Origin: Octopus sinensis
Taxonomy: Eukaryota
Length of the DNA: 64,000 nucleotides
Direction of reading: 5' to 3'
Assembly (NCBI RefSeq): GCF_006345805.1
Contig: NC_043004.1
Span: forward strand, 91,636,001 to 91,700,000
A program made the translations under genes and the position numbers. Positions 37,886-50,944 of this stretch are shown piece by piece. How positions within the stretch are numbered: the first letter of the stretch is position 1; each line of letters opens with the position of its first letter. The notes beneath the pieces were generated by a model, which was given only the letters and a program-made list of their open reading frames with translations, ran no database searches and was not told the DNA's origin.

Positions 37886-38454
37886 AAGAGAGAGAGAGAG
37901 GGAGGGAGAGAGAGAGTGGAAGAGAGAGAGAGACACACACACACACACACATATATATTTTATATACACGCATAAACATATGCACACGGAAGCACACCCC
38001 CGACACACACACGCCACGCGCGTGCGCATATTGCTTCAAAATCTTTTTCACGAGAAATGTTTTCTTTTCTATGATGTTAGCATAGTGATTTCCAAAAGTT
38101 AGGACATTCAGCAATTAAAATGAGGAATCTGTAATAATTCTAAATTTTGGCACATGGCCATTAATTTTGAGTGGATGGGTAAGTCGATTACATCGACCAC
38201 TGTGCTCGAATGATACTTATCTTATCGACCATAAAAGGATGAAAGGTCAACCTCGGCGATAATTGAAGACAGAAATCTTTAATGATGTCATTTAATAAAT
38301 GACTTTTAAGCATTGTCGTTTCGCTTACTCGCGATACCCAAGTCTATTTTTGTAATTTCCTGGTTTCTTTTGATTTCATTATCAATTTCCAGTTATATGT
38401 ACCGAAACGAAACATCTGACACAATTCCACTAGATGGCCAGTTTATATAAGTAT

Positions 38455-38652
<198 letters not shown>

Positions 38653-38840
38653 TACGATGGGCTGCTTCCAGTTTCCGTCAACCAAATTCACTCAAAAGAA
38701 GATACCTACCCAATGCCTTGTCTAGATATGGTGGTATCACGCATGCGTGGATGCAATTAAGCGAAAAATGATTCATGATTCAACGGGGTGAAGTAAAGTG
38801 GAATAACCTTTATCCAAAGCTGCGTATGACCGGTCAGCTA

Positions 38841-38874
38841 TTCAAGTTTCACGTTGCCGCTTCATCAGGTGAAG
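38841..38874 (-). ncRNA. Degenerate hammerhead-like motif
   Basis: Reads CTTCAC-CTGATGA-A-GCG-GCAA-CGT-GAAA-CT-TGAA; the cleavage-site region appears shortened. Confidence 0.35.
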
Positions 38875-38924
38875 CCGGACGTAAAAATTCAGTAACAGCT
38901 CGCTCATGCTCTGGGAAAATATAT

Positions 38925-39222
38925 ATGTTTCTTTACTGCCCAGAAAGGGCTAAACACAGAGGGGACAAACAAGGACAGACGAAGGGATTGAGTCGATTAT
39001 ATCGCCCCCCGATGCGTAACTGGTACTTTATTTATCGACCCCGAAAGGATGAAAGGCAAAGTCGACCTCGGCGGAATTTGAACTCAGAACGTAACGACAG
39101 ACGAAATACCTATTTCTTTACTACCCACAAGGGGCTAAACACAGAGGAGACAAACAAGGACACGCACGAAATACCGCTAAGCATTTCGCCCGGCGCGCTA
39201 ACGTGTCTGCCAGCTCGCCGCT
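38925..39222 (-). mobile_element. SINE family B with an internal duplicated tail segment
   Basis: tatttctttactacccacaaggggctaaacacagag recurs at about 39110-39160 inside the element. Confidence 0.8.
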
Positions 39223-40661
39223 TTGGGAAAATATATGTATCGATCTATTAACATTTATATGTGTGTGTGTGTGTTTGTGTGTATGTGTTTGTGCGCGCGT
39301 GTGTGGTTGTGTGTGTATTAAGATCGAACAGTGAAAATGAGTGCTCAACTCCTCATTGCTGGATAAATATACTTTATTCGTAGTGTTCGTCTCCATCTTG
39401 GCTAAAAACAAGATGGAGACGATCACCAACGTCCTGTGTGGCAGACTTGACTATTTGTTAAGAGATATCTCGCTCAACATGAAACCAATGATAGTCTGGT
39501 TATTTCACCATTAAAGTATGTGTGTATATATGTGTGTGTGTGTATGTGTGCGTGTGTGTGTGTATGTGTGTGCGTATTATATCTATATATATACATACAC
39601 ATATATATAAATATATATGTATATATACATATATATATGCATGTATATATGAATGCATGTATGTTTGTATGTATGTATACATACATCTGCAGGTGCGTTT
39701 GCATATACGCGCGTGCGTACATATGTAAATGTGTATTTGTATCTATTTGCCAGTCTCTCTCTCTCTCTCTCTCTGTCTTTCTCACTCTCTCTCTCTCTGT
39801 ATATGTGCATGCGTGTGTGTGTGTGATGTGATGTGTGTGTGTGATGTGTGTGATGTGTGTGTGTGTGTGTGTGTGTGTGAACCCAGCAAATTACTTTCTG
39901 TCGTATCAGAAAATTTTGCATTAATACTAAGTAAAACTTTCATGAATGAAGAACATAGTCAAATCGCTCTTCACATGTGTGGTCGGTCAATCAATACATT
40001 AATGTTTTCAGTACTACTGACTATTATAACCAGCAAAGTCTGAAATAGATACTACTATTTAACTATGTGTGTGAATGAATATCTCGCCATATCTAATCAA
40101 TATTCGAATCTTTTGTGGTACTAACTATTATTATAACCAGCAATGTCTGAAAGATATGGTGCTGCTGTGTTATGTCTATGTGTGTGTAAAAGTATTTCTC
40201 CCTGTATGTGGTCGATATTTGAATATACTTTTTTTTTTACTACTAACTAACTATTGCTGCCGACTAGTGTCTGAAAGATGCTGTATTGGTAACCTAACTA
40301 GATTAATACGAATGAATTTTTCACTGGATGATTGATCGACCTGCAAGAATTAGAAGCCAACTCTGCTTCAAATCGCAACCTATTGACTTTGAAAAACGTT
40401 CATATTAAATTATTACAGCATGTTTGCAACTCGAGTTCTTTTCGAGTCTAGATCTGCTTAATTAAAGCCAAGCTTTTGTTAAACAACAAAGGTATCATAA
40501 TCATTAGCACCGGAAATAAATTGTGATTAATATGTAAATATGTGTGCAATGTTGGTGTAGTTTTGTTGCATTTTGTTTTTATATAATACATATTACACCC
40601 AGAATAATTTTTTTAAAAAAACGGCCACATCCATATGCTTAGTAGCCGAAGACTTTGATAA

Positions 40662-41051
40662 GGCATACATATACAAGTAGACACCAGCGAATTTGTTTCC
40701 TCATAACTTTCAGAAAAATTAGTACGTTTTAATGAATTTTTCGACAAATATCTTTCAGATGGTGTAAACTCTGATGATATCGAAATTTAATGTGAAAAGG
40801 AAAAAAGAAAAAAGAAAATGAAGGGTGCTCACATATACATACTGACAAACAGTACTTCTTTGCAGCTATTTATGTAATGTGTCAGTATATATGAATGTGC
40901 GTCCACCAACTTTTTTCACATTAAATGTCGATATAATCGTAATCTGCACCATCTGAAAGGTCGTCGCAGAACATTCTCATTGAAAAATACCGATTTTCCT
41001 GAAAGTTATGAGGAAGCAAAATAGGGACGGATGCACTTGTATATATATGCC
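40662..41051. mobile_element. MULE-type foldback MITE
   Basis: Long imperfect inverted arms (ggcatacatatacaag / cttgtatatatatgcc; ttcctcataactttcag / ctgaaagttatgaggaa; tttcagatggtg / caccatctgaaa). Flanks ctttgataa / gtttgataa form a 9-bp TSD (8/9). Confidence 0.8.
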
Positions 41052-41617
41052 GTTTGATAAAAAGGTAACGTGAAAAAAATAAAAACCATAATAAAACGGG
41101 GAAAATAGTCTTGATTACAAGATATTCAAAGATAGTGATATGAGGTGTGTGTTTGTATGGAGCGGAGGTAACTTCTCCAATTACAGGCCGCCATAGCTTG
41201 ATGAGGTCTATGCTCAACGAATGTAGGCTGTTTGCTGAAGAATAGTAAACGGTGAGAGATTTCTGGATAGCTGTAGTTTGGAGAAGAAAAGTACTGGATG
41301 AAGTATTTAGAAAAGGTAACACACTGTAGAAATGGTGGAAAGACGAAGTGAGAAGACGACAAGTAACTATATATATATATATATTATATTATATTATACA
41401 CAGACACACACACACGCAGCTAAGTGAAATAACGAACCTTTTAGATACTCGACACGTGACAGAAAATGTCAGCTATGTCATAATTCTAGGGAAAACATTA
41501 TAGATATTATCAGTAGTATGAGCCACATTTCATCAGCATCCCAGTACAGAACGCCATCCTTAGGATGCACTATTCTGAGTTAAATATGAGAATAGTCCGA
41601 CCACCTGGATACACTTA

Positions 41618-41825
41618 CCGTATTTTCGGGCGTGCAATTTGACATAATATATATAGTGTAATCATGCAATGTAAACATTCAAACGTAGTCACTATCTTTC
41701 CAAACCCTACTGCATTTCACGAGGAACTTTTGGCCTCTAAAGTCTTCTTGGTGTATAAGTCGACCTATTTTTTCTGGGTGTAAATTTTTATCTGAATAAT
41801 TCGATTTGTATGCCGGAAAATACCG
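41618..41825. mobile_element. Tc2/pogo-type MITE with TA TSD
   Basis: TA-CCGTATTTTCGGGCGTGCAA ... TTGTATGCCGGAAAATACCG-TA. Confidence 0.8.
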
Positions 41826-41828
41826 TAC

Positions 41829-41898
41829 CCATCCACAGCAACAGAAGCAATAATAATCACACCGAAATATCCACCAAATACAAACACAAGTGTATAAT
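41829..41898 (-). CDS. Candidate 70-nt exon, possibly encoding a transmembrane helix
   Basis: Strong acceptor ttttctctttctacggttcag. Frame YTLVFVFGGYFGVIIIASVAVD; a second, Cys-rich frame is also open. The donor reconstructs to GG|GTAAGT when the MITE is removed. Confidence 0.55.
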
Positions 41899-42926
41899 CT
41901 GAACCGTAGAAAGAGAAAACAAGCACAGGTCGTTATATTGCATCTCATATGCGTATCTGAGTATGCAGTATGGTTCTCAGTTCCACGGAGACATGATAGA
42001 ATAGGCACAGCAGAATTATGGGATAGGACGAGACATCGGGTTGAGACGTCAGTTGGAGGCGTCAAATCGAGACGTCAGATCAACTACACACTAAAAACTA
42101 GATTAATGCATCCAACAATACCACCTGGGACGGCAAACAAAAATGAATATGAATGATTCTGCTAGATCAACAATTTAATGTATCTGAAGAACCTACCGAA
42201 AGTCAGGGAAGAACTTGGGTTAGATTTACAGTTATTTTGGAGTTTGAATTTTCTATAAATATATTTTATATATTAAAATTTCATCTTGTAATCATTGTTA
42301 CATTTGGTTGATGTCGCCAAAGTTTACGTAAATAGTGTTTAAATTTAGAAGTTTTCCTCGAAAAAAAACCCCAAAAAACGAACCATCTTCTAAGACGTGT
42401 TCTCCAAATTTAATCTATAAGCACCATAGTAATATCGTACAAGATTCATTTATATATTTAGCATCTAGCGATACACATATGTTGATGTGTAAATACCAAC
42501 AATAGATGCTACTTCTCAGCTAGGAATCTACTCCTTCTTTATGTGAGGAATATAAAGAATATACAATCACTCCCCCCACACACACACATATACACATATA
42601 AACATATGTGTGTGTGTCTGTGTGTGTGTGTGCGTGTGTATTTTCATGTGTGTTCCTAAGAGCATCACGAAGCAGAGTATGTTAACATATTTCATTTGGT
42701 GACTAGATTACAGAGTTAATTATACTCACTAACTGGGAACACGTTCAGTTAGAACCGAAACAGAAATAAATACATTCCTTAAACTAGTCACTAGGTAATA
42801 TATATATATACATACATATATAGATTAGTTACAAGATTCATTAGAATCTAGGCACATCAACATGTAGAACGCCAAGGCTGGCTAGGTACCATAACAACTA
42901 GATACAACATACATACATATAATATG

Positions 42927-42997
<71 letters not shown>

Positions 42998-43770
42998 GCC
43001 TACATACATATACATACATACATACATACATACAAACGTACATACATACATACATACATATATACATACACACACACATATATATATATATATACAAGAT
43101 AAGAAAATGGAGAAATACATCTGAATCAAATATCAATTACCAGATAATACTCAATCACATACTTTATTAAACCACCACATAAGAGACTGTAGGGTTAAAT
43201 ATAAAAAGCAGAACAAATCAGTGTACATAAAGGAATGTACATAAAAACAAAAGTGTACATATATATATATATACTGTTTAGTACCCATATACAAACGGTT
43301 CTCTAAACGAACAAATCAATAACGAATAGTTTGTCCGAAAGAAAATTAAACTTGCGAAAGTGGCTGAAATTTGATCAACAAACCCACGAATAGACTACGC
43401 GACTGTATACGTCACTGGGAGCTCTTTCGCTTTGCGAGCTGAATTTTAAACAACAAATCTCAGTAAGACTATACACTCGTAAAGAAGATTAAATTCGGTC
43501 AACGAGCTGATATTTGAACAACAAACCAGATGTAGACTACGGACGCATATAAGTGGTGGGGAGTGGATGCACAAAGTGTTCTTTAACACCCATGTTAAAG
43601 TTGTCAATTATCATATTTTATACAGAAAATAATATCTCTCATAGTTTTTGGCTAAGAACATAACTATAGATCGCCAGAAGCAAGACATATACACACATAC
43701 AAAGTTACCCACATGCATTTTCACTTTTCTTATCTCCTTTCCTTCCTTCCCATTCCTGGAATTTCTTCTT

Positions 43771-43805
43771 GTATCCGACGAAGGACTATATCCGAAATGT
43801 TATAC
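43771..43805 (+). ncRNA. Minimal hammerhead motif, CCGACGA variant, degenerate
   Basis: Reads GTAT-CCGACGA-A-GGA-CTATA-TCC-GAAA-TG-TT^ATAC. Confidence 0.5.
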
Positions 43806-44212
43806 TCTTACTCTTTACTCTTTTACTTGTTTCAGTTATTTGACTGCGGCCATGCTGGAGCACCGCCTTTAGTCGAGCAAATCGACCCCGGAACTTATTC
43901 TTTATAACTCCAGTACTTATTCTATCGGTCTCTTTTGCCGAACCGCTAAGTGACGGGGACATAAACACACCAGCATCGGTTGTCAAGCAATGCTAGGGGG
44001 ACAAACACAGACACACAAACACACACATACATATATATATATATACATATATACGACGGGCTTCTTTCAGTTTCCGTCTACCAAATCCACTCACAAGGCA
44101 TTGGTCGGCCCGAGGCTATAGCAGAAGACACTTGGCCAAGATGCCACGCAGTGGGACTGAACCCGGAACCATGTGGTTGGTTAGCAAGCTACTTACCACA
44201 CAGCCACTCCTG
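43806..44212 (-). mobile_element. SINE family A, full length, young
   Basis: Near-exact reverse complement of 22845-23296. Confidence 0.9.
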
Positions 44213-44328
44213 TATATACATTTATATATAACGGGAAAGTTTACGAAAAAAAAACAAAAGACGAAGTCAGGTGGAGTACAAACAAACAGATGTATTAGTA
44301 TAGCGCTCAGGAATAGAAATAGAAAAAG

Positions 44329-44366
44329 TCTTTTACGTTTCGAGCCTACGCTCTTCCACAGAAAGA
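44329..44366 (-). ncRNA. Minimal hammerhead motif, CUGUNGA variant
   Basis: Reads TCTTT-CTGTGGA-A-GAGC-GTAG-GCTC-GAAA-CG-TA^AAAGA. Confidence 0.5.
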
Positions 44367-44606
44367 TACACAGAAAAAAACAAGGAGAGAAAAAATGCGT
44401 GTAGGAGCTAACGATCTATCATGGCACAAACACAAGCACATTCTCTTATTCTCTTATATGTTTCAGTCCAATGATGTGGCCATGCTGAAGCACCACCATC
44501 GAACACACATTTAATATATCCATGCATATCTCTAGCTCTGCATGCATGTATGTAGGTACAAACCATTGAGTTACCTGAAGCCATTCGGTGAAAACTCACT
44601 TCCTAC

Positions 44607-44648
44607 CTGCACCGATGTCACGTTTCCTCAGTCGCACACTCCCACACA
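44607..44648 (-). CDS. Candidate 42-nt micro-exon
   Basis: Acceptor gtgtgtttcag, donor CAG|GTAGGA, and a single open frame [13 protein letters not shown]. Phase 1-1 fits the exon at 41829-41898. Confidence 0.35.
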
Positions 44649-44700
44649 CTGAAACACACGCATGCATACACACATACACACACACGTATATGTATGTATA

Positions 44701-44768
<68 letters not shown>

Positions 44769-45699
44769 ATACACACATACACATTTATATATTTAAAAAT
44801 CTGTGTATACATACATATATACAAACATATATGTATACACGTGATATATATATATATATATATATAGAATATATATATATATATATCAGAAATTGCGAGG
44901 ATGATCCGGTTCTTGACTGAAGATTAGAGGCTTCGAATGAACCGTCCGTTTTTGTATTGTCTATTTGAATGTTTTGCGTTCTTGTCCCATTTTGTATTTT
45001 TATATATATTTTTATACATATATATATATGCACACACATAAATATATACTTACATACATACATAACTACATACACGCATACACATACACACACACACATA
45101 TATATATTTCTGTGTGTTTGATGGTAAGAACAAAGTTTAGAGAAACAAAATAGACATTATTTCAGAATGGACACAAAATTCTCTTCTTTTCTTTTCAGAC
45201 GAATTTCCTTTCAATTAGTCAACAATCTGTCCACAAAAAACCCCCCAGCGAACTCCTTAAACCAAACAACATATATTTTATACTTGTTCTTTACGGAGCA
45301 GTTTTGTTAAGTACAAAAGTGTCGAGGGGGGGGGGGCAGTGACTGTAGATACCCTAAAAACAGGGGTGGGGTAGGGGGGCAACAATTTTTTTGTTGCTTT
45401 TTTAACAACCTGTTATATGAAAACTCTGACCCAAATTTATTTAGCCACCATGATTTGGCGGCTCACTATAATTAGGCAGTTGCATATACACGGGCACCAT
45501 TTTTCACCAACCAAACATCATAAATGTAATATGTGTACTGTTTACAGTAATAACGATAGCTATCTGCGCACATATGCTTTTTGTACGGGAATACATAATA
45601 TAAACATAGGTACTTGCATCTTCTTGAACAAACATAGATATTAAGAGTCACACTCTTAACTGTGCCGATACACACGTACGTATACATACATGCATACCA

Positions 45700-46238
45700 C
45701 ACATACATACATACATACATACATACATACATACATACATACATACATACATACATACATACATACATACATACATACATACGGACGTACAGAAGCTTCC
45801 AAATACCACTAGTAGCATACTCAGGTACATATCTGTACTCGCCTACACAGAAGAGGCATACATACACATACACATATATAAATAAATACCAATGTATTTT
45901 TACTTTTAATCGGCAGATGTTACAAAGTGACTCAAGGGACGATTGCTTCGTGCATGGCACTTATCAAATGTATTTAACCTACATACCGATATATGTATGT
46001 GTGAGTGTGTGTGTATTTCAACACGCACTCCTGCTACCACCATACACGTGTATATATACTCATATGTTCCTATCTATCCATCTATCTATCTATCTGTCTA
46101 TCTATCTATCTCTCGGTCTATCTATCTATCTGTGTGTACGTATGTATCTATCTATACATACATACAAACATACATACAAACATACATACAAACATACATA
46201 CATACATACATACATACATACATACATACATACATACA

Positions 46239-46272
<34 letters not shown>

Positions 46273-46290
46273 CATACATACAAATATGTA
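45700..46290. repeat. (TACA)n/(TCTA)n arrays
   Basis: Direct reading. Confidence 0.9.
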
Positions 46291-46760
46291 TGTGTATATG
46301 TGTTTTTTTATATGCAGATAGATCAATAGACGGTTGGATAAAGATATGCATATCAATGCACAACCAAGTGTATAGATACACACATTCTTATTAAGGTGTA
46401 TCTTGGGTTAGAAGGGTGAAGTCATAATAAAGGATCACACATAGAACTATTTATACACAGTAACTATCATCAAGCGCGGTGATCAGAAATTTAATATGAG
46501 TTGTGAGAAGATTTATACACAACAATGTCCCAAGAAATATTTACCACTACGTTATGTTACATCTGGGTGTATCTTAAACGGATATAGTGTCTAAAGGAGT
46601 TTACTGTGTGTGTAGGTTATTTTTCTCGAAGTGTCTTCGGCACATTTCTATACTTTTAATTAAATATAGCTAACAGAGTTTGTTATTACGCAAATTCGGA
46701 TATGCCTTAGCAAATGTGCTCCATCTTAATTTGAATAGGATGTTTCTGGTTTTTTGACAC

Positions 46761-46859
46761 CTGATATAATTCGATAACAATGTCCATTTCGTCTAATTGT
46801 ATTTCGAAGCGTGTACTTGAGTTCGTAGTAGCGTATATTAAAGGGATTAGAGGTCAGGA
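46761..46859 (-). CDS. Candidate 99-nt exon
   Basis: Acceptor atctcatgtag, donor CAG|GTGTCA (weak). Open frame LTSNPFNIRYYELKYTLRNTIRRNGHCYRIIS, phase 1-1. Confidence 0.3.
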
Positions 46860-47182
46860 CTACATGAGATGTAGATAAATAATAGATTTGTACGGGTCAT
46901 TTACAAATGAATATTTCATTAGGCAACTGGATTTAAGTGGGCATGTTTTACGATTTGTAAGACCTGAAACTGCATGTACGTACGTACGCACATACATACA
47001 CACATACATACATGCTCGAAATACGAGAGTAGAAAAACAGCCAACAACGGATGAAAGGTTGTTCTTTATGTTGTTTGTCTTGTTTTCCATTTGCGTCCTT
47101 TGTTGTTTGAAAAAATAGTTCATACTCGTACTTCGTATTTTTTCGTTTTACTCGTTTCATGACGTCCTGTGCCCACATATGC

Positions 47183-47215
<33 letters not shown>

Positions 47216-47434
47216 AATATATATATAAAAATATATATATATATGTATATTATAGATGTAAGTATGTACTACGTATGTATATTATGGCATATATGCATAT
47301 ATATATATATATATATATAATATATATTACGTTTATATATTTTGTTTTGCAAGATTTTTGATGTGAAATCGTGTGTTGAAACAGATATTGTTGTATTTAG
47401 GAATGGCAAAATGACCATTCCTAATACAACAATA

Positions 47435-47497
<63 letters not shown>

Positions 47498-47555
47498 TTA
47501 TCTTCATTATATTATATATATATATATATATATTATTATCTTCATTATATTATAT

Positions 47556-47608
<53 letters not shown>

Positions 47609-47628
47609 TATATAATAATCTATATATA

Positions 47629-47671
<43 letters not shown>

Positions 47672-47703
47672 TTGTGTGTGTGTGTGTGTGATTTATATAT
47701 ATA

Positions 47704-47743
<40 letters not shown>

Positions 47744-48443
47744 TCCTGATCGGACAAATTGAAAGAAGTGTATTTAATACTGCGTTAGTAGAGTGCGAAT
47801 TATTTATTCAATTCTCATACGAAATACCTGTCAATGGTTTTATGCCGCCGATATATATTACTACATATTAGTGATTATTTTCTTTCGTCGTAAGATAATG
47901 TGAGATAGTTATGGCTGTATCCTCAAAAACATCGCATGTTATCTTATGCTGACAGAAGATTATCTCTGATGAAATAGCATTGTATGTCGCAGATATGAAA
48001 CTAGTGGTATCAAGTTCATAAGATAATCGAAGTGTGTGTGTGTGTGTGTGTGTGCGTATCTGTGTGTGTGTATATCTGTGTGTCTGTGTGTATGTGTGAG
48101 TGAATGCGCGCTTGTGTATGTATGTTAGATTTTTGTATGTAATAATTCCCATAAAAAAATTCGATTAAATGAAATTATAATACAATTTGCTGTCAAAAAC
48201 ACCTTCTTGCGTGTTTAGAACCCAGAACCAAGCAATAGCGGTAATTTTTCGAAAACATAAACAATGCAACATTTTAAAAAATCATTTTATTTTAAAACTA
48301 ACCCGAGAAACAGAAATGTTTTAGCATACATGCACGTTTATTAGGCATAAGAATATTGTATAGACATTTAACGATGTGTAAATAATTGAGCTTATTAAAA
48401 TCGTGAATATATTTTATGATGCTGTACATCACCTGAGTATATG

Positions 48444-48475
<32 letters not shown>

Positions 48476-48516
48476 TGTATGTATGTATGTATGTATGTAT
48501 GTTGTATTACGTATCT

Positions 48517-48740
48517 AGGATCTTTACCTTTTGACCGGCAATCGAAAAATTAATTTTTTGTAACTAAACACTTTCAAACTTCGTATACTGGTAGAATGTG
48601 TCACATAAAACATCTTTTACTGTAGGCGTCGTTGAGAAAATTCTGTATTTTCGAAGTTATTTCGTGTTAAAATTGTGGTATTCCGGTAATTTCAACCAAT
48701 CAATGACGTCTATTGAGGTGAATACAAAGGTAAAGATCCT
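48517..48740. mobile_element. MITE with 15-bp TIRs
   Basis: AGGATCTTTACCTTT (48517-48531) / AAAGGTAAAGATCCT (48726-48740). Superfamily unclear. Confidence 0.7.
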
Positions 48741-50123
48741 GTATATATATATATGTATACACACATATACATATACATGCATACACACACATACATACAT
48801 GTATAGATGTATATGTATGTCTATCTATCTCTATCCTGTAGCTTTCTCTTTGTCTCTGATTTTTTTTCTAATCCTTCAATCCCGTTGTCTCCTACCCATC
48901 TCTCCTCCTTCTACATGACCGGTGTCGGCCATGATCTTTCTTTCTTGGGCTGACTACCAACCGTCAACACTTTTTATGTCCATCTCCCATATTCCTACCT
49001 TTATGGTTTCACTTCATACACGCCAGCTCAATTTGATTCATTCTCAGTCGAAAAACGCCTGTTGTTATTTCTTGTTTGTATTCGTAATTGTGTACAATGT
49101 TCTCCGCTTTTTGTTTATTTGTTTTGTTTTTTGTTTTTTTCTTTTTGTTACCGTACACATTCGCTAGCTTTCTTACAAAGGGTTCTAATGCTCATATCTT
49201 AGATTTGGGAGGCAACCAGATCGAACCATCTCAAGTGTAACTGCCCGAAACGGTCGTGACTTCTGGAACTTGACTGATGAAAGGAAGCCAAGAATGACCC
49301 GTCTTTTTTTTTGCCTGTGCTTCTAATTGTTGTTTCTTTTGTCCGCCTATATATCGTCTATCTGTCCGAACATTTTAATGTCCTCTATTGCGTTTTTGTT
49401 CCATATATATATATGTATATATAGTTCATTAATTTAGTAGTCAGAAACTCCTACTGCTAAAAAATTTAAAACACTGAGCAATATCAGTCAATCGAGATTT
49501 CTGGAAAACACGGACGAAGTCGATAGGCGGCTGATGATGAAAACAGTGCACAATTTGGTTGATCTCACTGAAGTCGGCTTTTTTCTTTGTTGCTCTGAGA
49601 ATTCAAATACAAGTAGGTTTGTATTTACACACACACACATGTCCGTTGTCAGGTTTTATCTCTCTGTACGTGTACATACGGGCTTGTAAGTTTATTCTGG
49701 TTTAAAACAATATATAAGTCTCTCTGGTCAGTGTTTTCCACCCTCAAACTGTATTATATTATACATTGTTGTGCATGTAACCAACTTAATGCATTTAAAT
49801 GTTCTGCAATAAACACACATTTTATTCAAATGGCTCCGAGGAACCCATATCGTGTCACACAAACACTCAACTCTAAGCACAATGTTTCTTTCAGCAGAAA
49901 CAGCTGTAAGCTGATGAAAGCGATTATGTAACTCCTGTCATTTATGATAGGCAATGATATACTGTAAGGAGAAGAGACCAAAAGCTGAGGACCAAGATTC
50001 TGATAAATTTGAAAAGCTTCAGTTTTGAAAGTGTTTTAAGAGGATATCTTCATTACTATTATTATTATTACTATTATTATTATTATTTTTATTATTATTA
50101 TCATTTTTATTATTATTATTATT

Positions 50124-50595
50124 GAGTGAGAGAGCAGTTCATGCCATCAAAGTGACAATGGGGTAAAATATACGAAGCCCAATATACCCATCATGACTAC
50201 CAGTCTGATAAAGGTACACCAGGCACATGCATCACAAACATATGTTGCGCGACATGGTGATCTCATATCAAGATAAACAGCACATGACCTTGCAGGTGGG
50301 GCCCAGTTAGAATTTTCTTCAGGTTGAGTAGCCCATCCCGCCTCAAAAGGTCCTTGAATAAGGGTTGTTTAAGGATGTTGAAAGAACCACCCATGTTTCC
50401 AGAGGTGAACTATTCAAACCCCAAAGAATCTCTCCCAACACATGGCTCTGATGCTCCCCCACTACTTCTGCTCGTGATCAGAAATGCACATATGTCAGCC
50501 ACTAAGGGACATGCTCAACTGGTTAAGGTCAAACAACTGACAAGCAAATCTGTGGTATTGAGCAGAATATTTGCTGTAGCCCATTTTATACCAAG
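50124..50595 (-). mobile_element. Family F copy, 5'-truncated
   Basis: Reverse complement of the F consensus; (ATT)n on both sides. Confidence 0.85.
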
Positions 50596-50634
50596 TATTA
50601 TTTATTATTATATATATTATTATTATTATTATTA

Positions 50635-50667
<33 letters not shown>

Positions 50668-50769
50668 GATTAATATATATTATTATCATCATTATTATTA
50701 TTGTTGGTGTTATTACTATTATTTTATACTATTATAATTATTATTATTATTATTATGTTATTATTATTA

Positions 50770-50804
<35 letters not shown>

Positions 50805-50879
50805 CATTGTTATTATTATTATTATTATTATTAATATCATTATTATATCATCATCATTATTATTGTTGTTGTTATTACA

Positions 50880-50936
<57 letters not shown>

Positions 50937-50944
50937 ATTATGAT

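Noticed and set aside
40772-40792. CTGATGATATCGAAA hammerhead-like string
   Set aside because: No stem II is possible, and it lies inside the MULE arm.
40921-41322. 133-aa minus ORF as the missing linker exon
   Set aside because: Several acceptors exist but there is no good donor in the required phase; left unassigned.
47868-48030. About 55-codon open minus frame (LSYELDTTSF...)
   Set aside because: No good splice donor; a run of this length is expected occasionally by chance.
49200-49310. Degenerate hammerhead pieces (tgcccgaaacggtc; ttgactgatga), with a related fragment near 44905-44945
   Set aside because: The 5' core and 3' core do not assemble into one motif in either copy. Probably PLE remnants, but not supportable.
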